Shown here piece by piece: positions 24,597 to 39,119 of a stretch of DNA of 64,000 nt (position 1 is the first letter of the stretch; every line of letters begins with the position of its first letter). Origin of the DNA: Eledone cirrhosa. Taxonomy: Eukaryota. Below the pieces are notes generated by a model. It was not told the DNA's origin. It was given only the letters and a program-made list of their open reading frames with translations, and made no database searches. The DNA is taken from contig OZ024751.1 of NCBI GenBank assembly GCA_964016885.1, positions 35,464,001 to 35,528,000 of the forward strand, written 5' to 3'. A program made the position numbers and the translations under genes.

Positions 24597-24992
24597 CCGG
24601 GGGAATTGGTAGAGGTTGTTGTCGGATAGAATGCTTTGTACTATTAGTTCTGGCTGTCTCTGTTCTAAATCCCGTCGAGGTCAACTTTGTCTTTCATCCT
24701 TTCGAGGTCGATAAAAAAGTACCAGTCAAATTCTGGGGTCGATTCTTCCTCTATATCTCTAACTCACCCCCCCCCCCCCGCTCTCTCTCGAGAGAAGAAG
24801 AAGAAGAAGAAGAAGAAGAAGAAGAAGAAGAAGAAGAAGAAGAAGAAGAAGAAGAAGAAGAAGAAGAAGAAGAAATCTGCTGTATTCAGACCTGGAGAGG
24901 AGACGGGTTCTGCCAGACTTAAAATGTCCAAGAAACACTGTATGTCAATACGGGGCCCCTACCACTCCATCAGGAGTTATGGGGCCATACCA
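24597..24992 (+). mobile_element. Composite SINE (tRNA head, Meta-like core, ~120-bp 3' extension) with internal (AAG)n
   Basis: Core at 24670-24745; extension 24873-24992 homologous to 36480-36598. Confidence 0.7.
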
Positions 24993-25012
24993 TAAACCTG
25001 CCCGTTTTCTAT

Positions 25013-25051
<39 letters not shown>

Positions 25052-25077
25052 AGAGGAAATAAGAAGAAATATAGAGG

Positions 25078-25245
25078 AAGAATCGACCCCAGTATCAATA
25101 ATGTTTTTTTTTCTTCATCGATCTAAAAAAGAAAAAAGAATGTAAGGGCAACGTTGGCTTGGGCGGGAATTGAACTGAGATAACAGTGAACCATGACACC
25201 ACGGCAGTTATAACCCCATGATTTAACAACTCTGCCAACTCACCA
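25078..25245 (-). mobile_element. Degenerate tRNA-derived SINE
   Basis: aatcgaccccagta ... ggcgggaattgaactg ... ctctgccaactc. Confidence 0.6.
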
Positions 25246-25432
25246 CCTTACCTTCTACATGAGGTGGTGGTGGTGGTGGCGGCGTTGGGGGGGGGGGATT
25301 AATAGAAAATACACATCAAAAGATATGAAGCGCCAAGAAAAGTTGGCGAGAAGTAAGAAAAAAAAAAAAATTAGGTTAATAACTATATATATATATATAT
25401 ATGTTTTCTATACCTTTCATTTATATATATAT

Positions 25433-25479
<47 letters not shown>

Positions 25480-25522
25480 GTTAATATATATATATATATA
25501 TACGTATATATATTTACGTATA

Positions 25523-25554
<32 letters not shown>

Positions 25555-25556
25555 CG

Positions 25557-25620
<64 letters not shown>

Positions 25621-25716
25621 CGTATATATATATGTATATATATATATATATATATACGTATATATATATATATATATATATACATATACGTATATATATA
25701 TATATATACGTATATG

Positions 25717-25771
<55 letters not shown>

Positions 25772-25945
25772 ATATATTTTTTCTTCTGTGTTTAAATGTT
25801 TTCACGTTTCATTCAATGTAATGAGATAATCCCCGGATTAAAAAACGACAGCTTTAATAAATAGATCATGATTTGTTCACAATGGATAAACTAACGAAAT
25901 GTTTGGTAGTGACATAAGTAAACATTTAAGGCTGTTTAGTGTCTG

Positions 25946-26256
25946 AAAGGTTGTGAAACGGCAATGTGTCACCTCCACACCACGCCGCCTGGGGTGTAAC
26001 TTGTGTGTACCCCGCACCTTGGTGGTCATTGGTGTGTCAAAGGTTGTGAAACGGCAATGTGTCACCTCCACACGACGCCGCCTGGGGTGTAACTTGTGTG
26101 TACCCCGCACCTTGGTGGTCATTGGTGTGTCAAAGGTTGTGAAACGGCAATGTGTCACCTCCACACGACGCCGCCTGGGGTGTAACTTGTGTGTACCCCG
26201 CACCTTGGTGGTCATTGGTGTGTCAAAGGTTGTGAAAGTGCAATGTGTCACCTCCA
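25946..26256. repeat. 93-bp tandem repeat, 3.3 copies
   Basis: aaaggttgtg at 25946, 26039, 26132, 26225. Confidence 0.95.
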
Positions 26257-26265
26257 ACCCACCCC

Positions 26266-26410
26266 GGAGGCGCATGGCTTAGTGGTTAGAGCATTGGGCT
26301 TGCAATCGAAAAGTTGTGAGTTCAATTCTCGGACCGGGTGATGTGTTGTTTCCTTGAGCAAGACACTTTATTTCACGTTGCTCCAGTTTACTCAGCTGTA
26401 GAAATGAGAT
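26266..26410 (+). mobile_element. tRNA-derived SINE, second family
   Basis: A box TGGCTTAGTGG, B box GTTCAATTC, then tccttgagcaagacactttatttcacgttgctccag. Confidence 0.8.
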
Positions 26411-26929
26411 GATAGGAACTGGGGTCCCCATCATTAAATTACCCAAGACACCTCCAACGAGATATACCTTGGAGGAGGCCCGTGGTGGAGGAGGTGATGG
26501 TGGAGGAGGTGGTGGTGTGGTGGTGGTGTTTGTGGTGGAGGTGGTGGTGGTGGAGGAGGTGGTGGTGTGGTGGTGGTGTTTGTGGTGGAGGTGGTGGTGG
26601 TGGAGGAGGTGGTGTTGTGGTGGTGGCGGTCGAGGAGGTGGTGGTGGAAGAGGTGGTGGCGGAAGAGGTGGTGATGGAGGTGGTGGTGGTGGAGGTGGTG
26701 GCGGAGGAGGTGGTGTGGTGGTGTGGTGGAGGGGAGGAATGTCAAGTCAGATAATAGAGAAAATTGTCTGGTATCGACGAACGCACACACATACACACAT
26801 AAACACACCCACAGACACACACAGAGACACTCAAACGCACAAAGTCCCAACTCTCTTACACACACACACAAACATACACACACACACATAAACGCACACA
26901 AATACACACAAAACCCCAACTCCCGTACA

Positions 26930-27110
26930 CACACACACATACACAATACTCTCGTACACACACACATACACAATACTCTCGTACATACATACATACACAA
27001 TACTCTCGTACACACACACATACACAATACTCTCGTACACACACATACATACACAATACCCTCGTACACACACATACATACACAATACTCTCGTACACAC
27101 ATACATACAC
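26930..27110. repeat. ~27-31-bp minisatellite
   Basis: cacacatacacaatactctcgta units. Confidence 0.85.
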
Positions 27111-27187
27111 ACGTAGAGAAGCGGTTTCATAGATTTTATTTGGTTTCTCTCAATCTAATCGTAAAAGAAGACTTTGTATTATTACCA

Positions 27188-27235
27188 AATAAGGAAGACA
27201 TCTGCTGCTTGGTGGTCTGATGTTTCAGAAGATGA

Positions 27236-27238
<3 letters not shown>
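27188..27238 (-). ncRNA. 3' half of a hammerhead truncated by (TA)n
   Basis: Minus strand GAAA-CATC..GATG-TC-TTCCTT; CTGANGA half missing. Confidence 0.35.
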
Positions 27239-27324
<86 letters not shown>

Positions 27325-27388
27325 CGAGGCTTCCAAACGACTTAAAGATATATATATATATATATATATATGTATAAATATATATATG

Positions 27389-27552
<164 letters not shown>

Positions 27553-27731
27553 TATAATTATAAGACAATTAGATATATGTATATATATACACATAAGCAC
27601 ATTCATATATACATACATAAATACATACTTGCACACAACACACATATATATATATATATACACACACATGGTATAAGTAACCGGTTAATTCAGTGTTGGT
27701 GGTATATATACATATATATATATACATATAT

Positions 27732-27804
<73 letters not shown>

Positions 27805-27903
27805 GTATGTATGTGAGGTAGGTATAGATCGGGACTTGTTTGGGGACAAGACTCATAACCAAGAACTTTCTCGATCTTTGTCTCTCTCTCTCTCTCTCTC
27901 CTC

Positions 27904-27935
<32 letters not shown>

Positions 27936-28283
27936 CTCCTCTCTCCGCCTCCTCCTCTCTCTCTCTCTCTCTCACACACACACAAACAATCACATACACA
28001 CACACATACACATATACCCCCTACACATAAACATACACATACACATACAAACACACCCACACAAACACACAAATACATACACACATACACACACAAACAC
28101 ACATATACATAGATACATACACACATACACACATACACACACAAACACACATATACATAGATACATACACACATACACACATACACACACAAACACACAT
28201 ATACATACATACATACATACTTACCTTCTTCAAATTCTGTTGTTCTTAATTTGAAGTTTTATTGATGTACGACGATTCTGGAG

Positions 28284-28820
28284 AATGATGGTGGTGGTGG
28301 TGATGGTGTTGGTGATGATGGTGATGGTGATGATGATGATGATTGTGATGGTGATGATGGTCATGATGGTGATGGGGATGATGATGGTGATGGTGGTGAT
28401 GGTGGTGATGGTCACGATGGGAATGGGGATGATGATGATGATGGTCATGGTGGTGATGATGATGATGGTGGTGATGGTGATGGTGATGACGTTGATGGTG
28501 GTGATGGTGATGGTGGTGATGGTGATGATGGTGGTGATGATGATGATGGTGGTGGTGGTGATGGTGATGGTGGTGATGGTGATGATGGTGGTGATGATGA
28601 TGATGGTGGTGGTGGTGATGGTGATGACGGTGATGGTGGTGATGGTGATGGTGGTGATGATGATGATGGTGGTGGTGGTGATGGTGATGACGGTGATGGT
28701 GGTGATGGTGATGGTGGTGATGGTGATGATGGTGGTGATGATGATGATGGTGTGATGGTGGTGGTGATGGTGGTGATGGTGATGGTGATGGTGATGGTGA
28801 TGGTGGTGATGGTGATGATA
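28284..28820. repeat. (GGT/GAT)n repeat
   Basis: Visible directly. Confidence 0.95.
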
Positions 28821-28898
28821 TTTGAATTATTTTCTTGTTGTTATTGTTCTTGTTTTTGTTACTGCTGGTGTTGTTGCTTATACAATTATTTGTGAAGA

Positions 28899-28950
<52 letters not shown>

Positions 28951-29021
28951 GCATATACATACACACACACAGACATACATATGTTATTTCTTTCTCTTAA
29001 TTTCGAGTATATGTATGTATG

Positions 29022-29055
<34 letters not shown>

Positions 29056-29638
29056 TGTATGTATGTATGTATGTATGTATGTATGTATGTATGTGTCTGT
29101 GTGTGTCTGTGTGTGAGGGTGTGTATGTGTGTATGTGTGTTTATTTTGGATCGATTGACATATAACTAGCAAAACAAAGAGAAAACTCACCGAATTAAAA
29201 CGCGTACACACACATACACATGCATCCCACCACACACACACCACCACACATACACACACATCACTCATACATCATATACAAACACACACATTACACACAC
29301 ATCACACACACGTCACACACACATCACACACACGTCACACACACATCTTTACAAACTCACACACATCACACATACAACACACACACACACACACATCACA
29401 CATACATCATATACAAACACACACATCACGCACACACTCCTCACACACACATCATATACAAACACACGCATCCCACACACATCCCACACATATCATATAC
29501 AACACACACACATCACATACAAACCCCACGAACTCGGTAATAATAATAAAAACTCCATTTTATCTGACAACAGCAATGGAAAGAAAATGTATAGAAATAC
29601 TAAACCTATTGAAAAAAATTATTGAATATATAATATAA

Positions 29639-29684
<46 letters not shown>

Positions 29685-29954
29685 GTAATTATACATATAT
29701 ATAATATATACGTAATTATACATATATGCGTATATATATATTTATGTACATATATATACATTCACACACATATATTTATGTACATATATGTACATACGTA
29801 CATATATATATATATATATATATAATGTATAAAAAAAAAAAAAAAATGGCGTGCCGATGCGCTGAGGTGATCAAACCAAGATGGAAGAAATGCCAAAAAG
29901 ATGTTCAACGCCGGAGTTTTACAGTATTGAATATTACAGGCCTTTGTTTGGACC

Positions 29955-30207
29955 AGGCAGACGATGTATATTTTTTGTTAGAAGTGATATATAATCAATT
30001 GAATGGACTCTAGTCTATTGCTGTTACATTTCGGCAGGAAGGCAGACGATGTATATTTTTTTGTTAGAAGTTTTATATATATATAATCAATTGAATGGGC
30101 ACCAGCCTATTGCTGTTACATATTGGAAGGCAAGCAAACAATGTGTTATATTGTTAGAAGTTTATATATAATCAATTTAATAGACTCCAACCTATTGCTG
30201 TTACATA
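29955..30207. repeat. ~85-bp diverged tandem repeat, 3 copies
   Basis: aggcagacgatgtat...gttagaag...ctattgctgttacat. Confidence 0.8.
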
Positions 30208-30212
30208 TTGAT

Positions 30213-30435
30213 TTTAAATTTAGGCACAAGGCCACCAAATTAAAGAGGTGACATGAGCAAAGTTGATATAATCAACCCTAGTATTAACTGACTGCTACTT
30301 TATTTTATCGACCCCGGAAGGGTGAAAGACAAATATGATCATGGTGGATATTTCAACACAAAACTTAAGGAGCCAGAACAAATACTGCAATATCATTTTA
30401 TCTGATGCTTTACCAATTCTGTCAATCTACCACCC
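30213..30435 (-). mobile_element. Degenerate tRNA-derived SINE (Meta-like core)
   Basis: ggcacaaggcc ... tactttattttatcgaccccggaagggtgaaagacaaa. Confidence 0.7.
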
Positions 30436-31199
30436 GTTATTGAGAAGGAGAAATAAAGCTGAAATTCTCTCATATGAAATGAACTCCAGTCTCTCGCTGT
30501 TACTGTAAAGAAGGCTGACGACTTCTACTACTGCAATGCGGTCAGTCTGATAACGTTACTGCTAAGGTCACTTCCACCACTTTCTTTCAGGGTTAGTTAT
30601 AAGGATTTATTTACAACAAGAAAAGACGACTACAAATTTCAGTGAATGTCCGACATCTAGCTCAGTGTTATGTTAATCCATCATTCAACAGTCTTTCCAC
30701 TCGACATATATGTTATATTTTATATATGTCGACATATACACACTGGGCAGGTTAAACACAAAAACAATGGAAGTCATGACAGAGATTAATTAGCTTAGTA
30801 TGTATGTATGTATGTATGTATGTATGTATGTATGTATGTATGTATGTATGTATGTATGTATGTATGTATGTATGTATGTATGTATGTATGTATGCATGTA
30901 TACACACACATATACATATATACGTATATGTACACACAAACACACACGCACACGCACACGCGCACCCCCCCCCCCACACACATATATATAAATTTATCGA
31001 AGCGCTGGGTGATTTAAAATTCAAAAATGTGGGAACCCCATTACAGAAAATAACAACAGTCGATCGATATAAATAATAGCTCCGAAAATCGGGTAAAATA
31101 TCCCTATAGATGGAAAACGCATATGGCCAAAGTATTTGTACGATATTCAAGAGATGCGGAGTTGGGGAGCACAAAGTAGTTGTCGTGTCACTTGCGTTT

Positions 31200-31492
31200 T
31201 ATTATAAAGATGTTTCATCTGGACATCACAGCCAGCGACTCTTTTGCTCCTTCCCACATCTTGGATGCTTCCGGTAAATATGAGGGTCACTGCTTCCGGA
31301 GGTGAATGGAATAATATTCTAAAATACTGTGGCGTTCAAGATATTTGGGGTAGCCGAGGCCGCTGACAGCGAAGTTCTTGTTATAGTTGGCGGCTCACTT
31401 TACCAAGGTGTCATGTGATACCCATGAGGGTACTTGGTTATTTCAGCACCTTAGTCTTGCCATCACCCACGGAAAGGAAGCCAGCATGTCGG
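31200..31492 (+). pseudogene. CRE-clade (restriction-like endonuclease) non-LTR 3' fragment, decayed
   Basis: IW(t)DITASDSFAPSHI ... WLFQHLSLAITHGKEAS resembles the CRE C-terminal WD.T..DT.A.S / FL.QRLS.A.QRGNA motifs. Confidence 0.6.
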
Positions 31493-32250
31493 GTCACACG
31501 ATTCTCTGGTACCTTACTACTAACTCTATGGCTCTCATAGAATGTCAGCGACGTAAGTCGAGTCACACGATTCTCTAGTACCTTACCAGTAACTCTGTGG
31601 CTCCCATAGAATGTCAACGACGTAAGTCGAGTCACACGATTCTCTAGTACCTTACCAGTAACTCTGTGGCTCCCATAGAATGTCAACGACGTAAGTCGAG
31701 TCACACGATTCTCTAGTACCTTACCAGTAACTCTATGGCTCTCATAGAATGTCAACGACGTAAGTCGAGTCACACGATTCTCTAGTACCTTACCAGTAAC
31801 TCTATGGCTCTCATAGAATGTCAACGACGTAAGTCGAGTCACACGATTCTCTAGTACCTTACCAGTAACTCTATGGCTCTCATAGAATGTCAACGACGTA
31901 AGTCGAGTCACACGATTCTCTAGTACCTTACCAGTAACTCTATGGCTCTCATAGAATGTCAACGACGTAAGTCGAGTCACACGATTCTCTAGTACCTTAC
32001 CAGTAACTCTATGGCTCCCATAGAATGTTAGCCACGTAAGTCGAGTCACACGATTCTCTAGTACCTTACCAGTAACTCTATGGCTCCCATAGAATGTTAA
32101 CGACGTAAGTCGAGTCACACGATTCTCTAGTACCTTACCAGTAACTCTATGGCTCCCATAGAATGTTAACGACGTAAGTCGAGTCACACGATTCTCTAGT
32201 ACCTTACCAGTAACTCTGTGGCTCCCATAGAATGTTAACGACGTAAGTCG
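31493..32250. repeat. 69-bp tandem repeat, 11 copies
   Basis: gtcacacg recurs every 69 bp from 31493 to 32183. Confidence 0.97.
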
Positions 32251-32435
32251 GTGTCTTATGACTCCTCTGGTAACTCTCCACTAAACTCTACGACTCTATT
32301 ACACCGAAACTAACTCTCTCAGGAAATGAAGCATTATTGATACTAAATACGATTTCACTGTTAGTTTGATCTTTCTCTATGTAATATTGATTTTTATCTT
32401 TGTTAATGTTATTATTACTATTACTATTATTATTA

Positions 32436-32640
<205 letters not shown>

Positions 32641-32946
32641 ATTATTATTCTGGTTAGCAGAAGATTGATACAGTCTGCAAGCTATCGACTTCAACATAAA
32701 GCTATTAGAAAAATCTGATAGAAATAGTCAGTATTAGAGTTTATGTTGGCAATTTGTTTAAATCCATAAAGAAAAAGAAATTGTTTTAGAGCGACGTAAC
32801 AATTATTGACAGAGAATCTCTAGAATGTTCATTTTCTGCTGAATCAAGTGTGTTGTAACTCATTTTATAATTCCCTTATGTATGTATGTATGTTCTGGTT
32901 TTATAATTTTATAAATGTTGTATGTATGTGTATGCATGTGTGTGTG

Positions 32947-32992
<46 letters not shown>

Positions 32993-33435
32993 CCGACAAG
33001 ATGAGGCCATGCTGGGGCACCGCCATATATAAACATCTTCAATAAAACAGTGCTATATTCTAGAAAGGTGGGCAATTTCAGGGCGGTTTGTTATATAAAA
33101 AAGGGGTCAATATAATACTTTAACCAAATCTAGTTAGTAATCTTGTTTAACCTGATTTAGTGGAACTTAAGAAGAAATTTAGAGTAAATATTCAAGAAAA
33201 CCCGATGAAAGGAATATTAAAAGAAAAACAAAACAGGTTTGGTTTCTCTCATGACCGTCTTCACTTCTTCCTAATTCCATAAGTAAATAATATATCAACC
33301 GTTTCTCTAATTATTCCGCATCTCTTACAGAAACAAGATTCTTTTAAATTCCAATACAAGTCACGTGTCCATACCGAAGTCTTCATACAGATAAAATATA
33401 TTTCAAATTAGTTATGTAATTCAGAAGAGGATATA

Positions 33436-33531
33436 TACTGGGTGTCCCCCACAAATGTATACACACAGGCTGTGCAGTCTAATGAATATTGCCTGTACAG
33501 GTAATCGAAGTGTGTATACATTTTTTGGGAC

Positions 33532-33539
<8 letters not shown>
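33436..33539. mobile_element. Tc1/mariner-type MITE
   Basis: ~28-bp imperfect TIRs (ggtgtccc..aaatgtatacacac / gtgtgtatacattt..gggacacc) with TA flanks. Confidence 0.7.
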
Positions 33540-33591
<52 letters not shown>

Positions 33592-33604
33592 TACACACAC
33601 ACAC

Positions 33605-33696
<92 letters not shown>

Positions 33697-33757
33697 GTTG
33701 TGCCAACCCTTTGTCGAATTAATAGTACGCTAACCTTAGTTTAAGTCTATCACACTA

Positions 33758-33907
33758 GATTACGTCTACCACCCAGAGTTACGTCTACCACCCAGGGTTA
33801 AGTCTACCACCCAGGGTTAAGTCTACCACCCAGGGTTAAGTCTACCACCCAGGGTTAAGTCTACCACCCAGGGTTAAGTCTACCACCCAGGGTTAGGTCT
33901 ACCACCA
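33758..33907. repeat. 19-bp minisatellite, ~7.5 copies
   Basis: gttaagtctaccacccagg. Confidence 0.95.
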
Positions 33908-33949
33908 GTTCATCCCTGTTTTAATAAAGTGAAGTTCAAATAATTTAAT

Positions 33950-34120
33950 TGTTTCTACTTTTCGCACAAGGCCAGCAATTATCCCAGTGCATTACTGGTA
34001 CTTTATTTAATCGACCCTGTAAGGATGAAAGGCAAAGTTAACGTCGGCGGGATTTGAACTCAGACCATAAGGGGACGTAACTCTATGCTGGAAAGCATGG
34101 CGTCTGACCCTCTACCGATT
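33950..34120 (-). mobile_element. tRNA-derived SINE (Meta-like core)
   Basis: Reverse-complement homolog of 1586-1772. Confidence 0.85.
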
Positions 34121-34202
34121 AATTTAATGAATACAAATGAGGAGAGTGTTTGTAAGGGATTAATGGAGATGGTAAGATTTGTGGTGCATTGCAGAAACGG
34201 TG

Positions 34203-34353
<151 letters not shown>

Positions 34354-34398
34354 ATATATATTTTATTATACACTCACACGCACGCGAGCACACACACA

Positions 34399-34535
<137 letters not shown>

Positions 34536-34779
34536 TATATAATATATATATATATACTGCCACGGCTAATAAAGGTCTTTGTGGACAAATATTTATTTTG
34601 GCAAGAAACGTAACTGAAACATTTCATAAAAAATACTAAAATTAAACGAGAAAAACCTGTTCAATTCCAGTGAATATTGATGTGTGTGGTTGTGTGCGCG
34701 CGCGCGTGTGCGTGTGTGTGTGTGCGTGCGTGTGTGTGTGTGTGCGTGTGTGTGTGTAGTTGTGTGTGTGTGTGTGTAG

Positions 34780-34819
<40 letters not shown>

Positions 34820-35162
34820 GTGTAGTTGTGTGTGTGTGTGTGTGCGCGTGCGTGTGTGTGTCTTTGTATCTGTGCATGTGTGGGGTTACCTGTGTGTTTA
34901 TGTGTATGTATGTGTGTAGCTGTATATATATATATATATATTTGTGTGTGTGTGTGTGTCCTGTACTGGGGTAAGTTATTCAGTATTTACATTTAGCGCT
35001 CCTGTATGTGGTTGGTCTCTCAAAATAAAACGTAATTTGTTTTTTTCTTTAAATGAGAAATATTAAAATGTTTTTTTCTTTCTGTCAAGGGTGTTAACTA
35101 TGACTCATTGCTATTTCTACTGAATTTCTCTGAATTAAAAAATTCCCATCTACCAGCTCTCT

Positions 35163-35447
35163 GAAGGTGTGTGGCCTAGTGGTTAAGGTGTTGGACTTAC
35201 AGCCATAATGTCGTGTGTTCGATTCCTGGACTGGATTGAGGGCTGTGTAAAATATTTCATTTCAAGTGGCTCCACTGCACTCACATGAAAATGATTACCA
35301 GCAATAGCTGGAGGGGGTCTAACCCTGTGGTAGACTAGCGTCCTATACAGGGGGAAATCTTGTACTCTCAGTCGCTTAAGGCCAAGAAAACCAAGGATAA
35401 GCACCGGCCTGATGAGCATCTGGGCTTGAGACAGACTTTAGACTTTA
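35163..35447 (+). mobile_element. tRNA-derived SINE with (AGACTTT) tail
   Basis: TGGCCTAGTGG A box, GTTCGATTCC B box, tail ccggcctgatgagc...agactttagacttt. Confidence 0.75.
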
Positions 35448-36248
35448 GAAATAATTTCATCCCACCAAGATAAGTAAGTTACATTAAATATTGTTTTCTA
35501 ATTGAGGCACAAGGCCAGAAATTTGAAAGGGGAAGTTCCCCAAGTGTATTACTGCTATAGATACCCGTAGACCTGGGCAGAGGGACCTTTCTAAGGTCAA
35601 TGACCAACGTGATCATGTTCCCCAAGTGTATTACTGATACAGACCTGTGTAGAGGGACTTATCTAATATTACTGTTATAGACATCTATTGACCTGGCGAC
35701 TAAAGATGTCATTAAGCTATCGAAACATTAACAATATGACCCAGAAATGGTAACACGCTCGACCAGACATTGTTGATGTAAACTTTTATTTGAATCAATT
35801 TCGACACACTGACGACAATGAGATATTGGAGGCCACAAGCTACAATAATAGAAACATAATAGGAAATTTACGAAGCAATATATAAAAATATACAATGAAA
35901 TATAAACATAAAACATGCCTCCATATTGAATTAAACTAGAAAGTGGAATTGCGTATTGTGCTTTATATAATTTTAATATAATTGGAAAAGAAAACAAAAA
36001 TAGACAAGTTATAAGGGAAAATACAGATGGAAGAAAACACTTTCATAAGATTAATCATAAAGAGTAGCTTTAATGATAAGATTAAATACCTTTAAGATAT
36101 AAGTGCTCGTTTAAACACGAGCTAATCAACAAGTCTGGAATATGAAACAACACAATAAACGCAATTTGATAATTAGATATAAAAAAAAACAACATCATTT
36201 TATTATATATATATATGTATGTTTGCCTACGAATATCTGTTTTATACG

Positions 36249-36287
<39 letters not shown>

Positions 36288-36477
36288 ATGATGTATGTAT
36301 GTTTGTATATATGCACATATATATAAATGTATTTCATACAGAAATGACTTTTACATGACTAGAACGGTTTCATTGGTTTGGAATCATCAGGATATATATA
36401 TATGAATGAAAATAGACCGAGAAACGGAACTGTCCATCATCAGTAGTCTGCTGATTATCATTGGTATTTCTTCGCAT

Positions 36478-36785
36478 GTATGTATGGTCCCATAATTCCT
36501 GATAGAGTCGTAGGGCCGCCGTATTGGTATACAGCATTTCTTGGCCATTTTAAGCCTGGTAGAGCCCACCTTTCTCCAGCTCTGAGTACAGTAGATTTCT
36601 TCGAGAGAGAAGAAGAATCGACCCCAGTACTAGACTGGTACTTTTTGTATCGACCTCGAAAGCATGAAAGCCAAAGTCGTCCTCGGCGGGATTTGAACTC
36701 AGAGAACAGATAGAGCCAGAACGAACACAGAACGAACACCATAAACCATTCTACCTGACGTTCTAACGACTCTGCCAATTCGCCG
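36478..36785 (-). mobile_element. Composite SINE, same structure as 24597-24992
   Basis: Head and core 36615-36785 plus extension 36480-36598. Confidence 0.75.
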
Positions 36786-37254
36786 AGAGAGAGCTAAAGT
36801 AAATAAGTGAATAGAATGACTCCAGGTGTGTTAGGAAGTGATGTACGGAATGACATAAGTGACATCATTTTCAAAGCACACTTCACTAGATTCTGTGCTA
36901 CGCTTCACCGACGTCCAATAAAACCCATATACTATTCGTAGGTGTCACCTTACTTTACAAATAAAGTTCAGATTTTTCCCCCAAATCATGTTTACCTCGT
37001 TTTTGTTTCTTAACTCTAAATACCCCCACCACCACCACCACCACCGCCACCGCCATCACTTAATCTGTCATGGCTTACTAGCTCTATACGCACATTTAAA
37101 TTGATTGATTAAATAAATAGATAAATGTTTGTGTAACTGACATCTGATACTTCTACTGTAAAGTAGACGTCACCTTCTGGCAAGTCGAATTTATGATCAG
37201 GTTTCGATTATCGATTATCGATTATCAATTGTACTTTTTACATAACTCTTTACC

Positions 37255-37345
37255 GTGAGTATAGCCTAGTATTTACGGTGTAGAGCACATGAACATAAGG
37301 TAGTAGGTTCGATCCCTAGAAGAGTTGTGGAGGCAGAGTCCTCAA

Positions 37346-37348
<3 letters not shown>
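37255..37348 (+). mobile_element. Degenerate tRNA-derived SINE head
   Basis: tagcctagt ... ggttcgatccc ... gtcctcaagca. Confidence 0.5.
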
Positions 37349-37382
<34 letters not shown>

Positions 37383-37389
37383 AATGAAA

Positions 37390-37522
37390 GTTTAGTAAAA
37401 TCGAAGTTTTGGCTGTAGCCAAGCTAACGATATACAATTAGGAATGTGCAGCAAAGCACTCGATAAGGTTGTGTCACCTTAGTGTAATAACATACGTTAG
37501 ATAGCTTGATAAATTGAAAACA
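37390..37522. mobile_element. Diverged copy of the 6518-6982 family in (TA)n
   Basis: Shares agtaaaatcgaa, gcactcgataag, ccttag(a/t)gtaataacatacgtt, atagcttga. Confidence 0.7.
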
Positions 37523-37911
37523 ATATATATATATACAGAGAGAGAGAGAGAGAGAGAAACCATTTTTTAATGTATCACGAAGTAGGGATAGTCGACTCTT
37601 CACCTTCTGGTAGTGTATAATCCCGAGGCGTGACAGCTATTATTATAAGAAATAAATTTAATTATAAAGTTTAGTAAATCAACGAACGTCATTAAGATAA
37701 TGTGTAGACGGCAACATTGGTAAGAATTCCATAAAACCGCTGAGAAATAATTGCTAAAAACTATCTGCCAGATAATATGGACGACAGAATAAGAACTGAA
37801 TGGTTTCTATTGCAGGCATTAATTATTGAGAAATGTCTGTAGAATTATCGATAACTTAATTCACTTTCAGATTTGTTCTACAGCCTGTCGTCTCGTAAAC
37901 ACATAAGAATA

Positions 37912-38582
37912 TTGTTGATGTTGTTGGTGTTGGTGTTGTTGTTGGTAGTGGTGTTGGTGGTGGTGGTGGTGTTGTTGTGTTGGTGGTGGTGTTGTGTTGG
38001 TGTTGGTGGTGGTGTTGTGGTGGTGGTGGTGTTGTATTGGTGGTGGTGTTGTGTTGGTGGTGGTGGTGGTGTTGTGTTGGTGGTGTTGGTGGTGTTGTGT
38101 TGTTGTTGGTGTTGTTGCTGTTGTTGTTGTGGTGGTGGTGGTGTTGTTATTGTTGGTGTTGGTGGTGTTGTTGGTAGTGGTGTTGGTGGTGTTGGTGGTG
38201 TTGTGTTGGTGGTGTTGGTGGTGTTGTTGGTGGTGGTGGTGGTGTTGTGTTGGTGGTGTTGGTGGTGTTGTGTTGTTGTTGGTGTTGTTGCTGTTGTTGT
38301 GGTGGCGATGGTGGTGTTGTTATTGTTGGTGTTGGTGGTGTTGTTGGTAGTGGTGTTGGTGGTGGTGGTGTTGTGTTGGTGGTGGTGTTGTGTTGGTGGT
38401 GTTGTGTTGTTGTTGTTGGTGTTGTTGCTGTTGTTGTGGTGGTGGTGGTGGTGTTGGTGTTGTTATTGTTGGTGTTGGTGGTGGTGTTTGTGGTGGTGGT
38501 GGTGTTGTTATTGTTGGTGTTGTTGTTGTTGTGGTGGTGGTGGTGTCGGTGTTTGTGATGGTGGTGTTGTTAGTGTTGATGT
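37912..38582. repeat. (GGT/GTT)n degenerate repeat
   Basis: Visible directly. Confidence 0.9.
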
Positions 38583-38750
38583 TTCACCAGAAATATAGTC
38601 TGTTAGATAAGTAGGCCTTACATAACATACAACTGATAAGATTTAGTCTTCCAGACATGCGATATATTCTTCTCTCTCTTCCCCTCTTTCCCTCTTTCTC
38701 CCCCTCTTTCGCTCTCTCAACCCCTCCCTCTCTCTTTCTCTCCTCCTCTC

Positions 38751-38884
<134 letters not shown>

Positions 38885-39119
38885 CTTTGTATCACCCTTA
38901 TTGCTGAGGGTCAGGAACCTTGGACGATTGCTCCAATAATCCCGGGGGGGGGGGGCGTAATTTAAGGTCGATCGATCCTGAATCTTCGTCTGACCCTGAC
39001 TTGGAAGCTGACCCCTTAACCACAGGTCATCTGCCTTCCTCACAAGAATGAAGCCGTTGGCCACTGGCTGGATGTAAATCTCATGGTCATTCGTGACCGA
39101 AAGGGGGGAAACAGTTCAG

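Noticed and set aside
31438-32187. 249-aa repeat protein or CRISPR-like array
   Set aside because: Head-to-tail 69-bp units with no unique spacers; unit length divisible by three explains the ORF; eukaryotic context
35405-35445. CTGATGAG hammerhead candidate
   Set aside because: Part of a SINE tail; no GAAA or stem III
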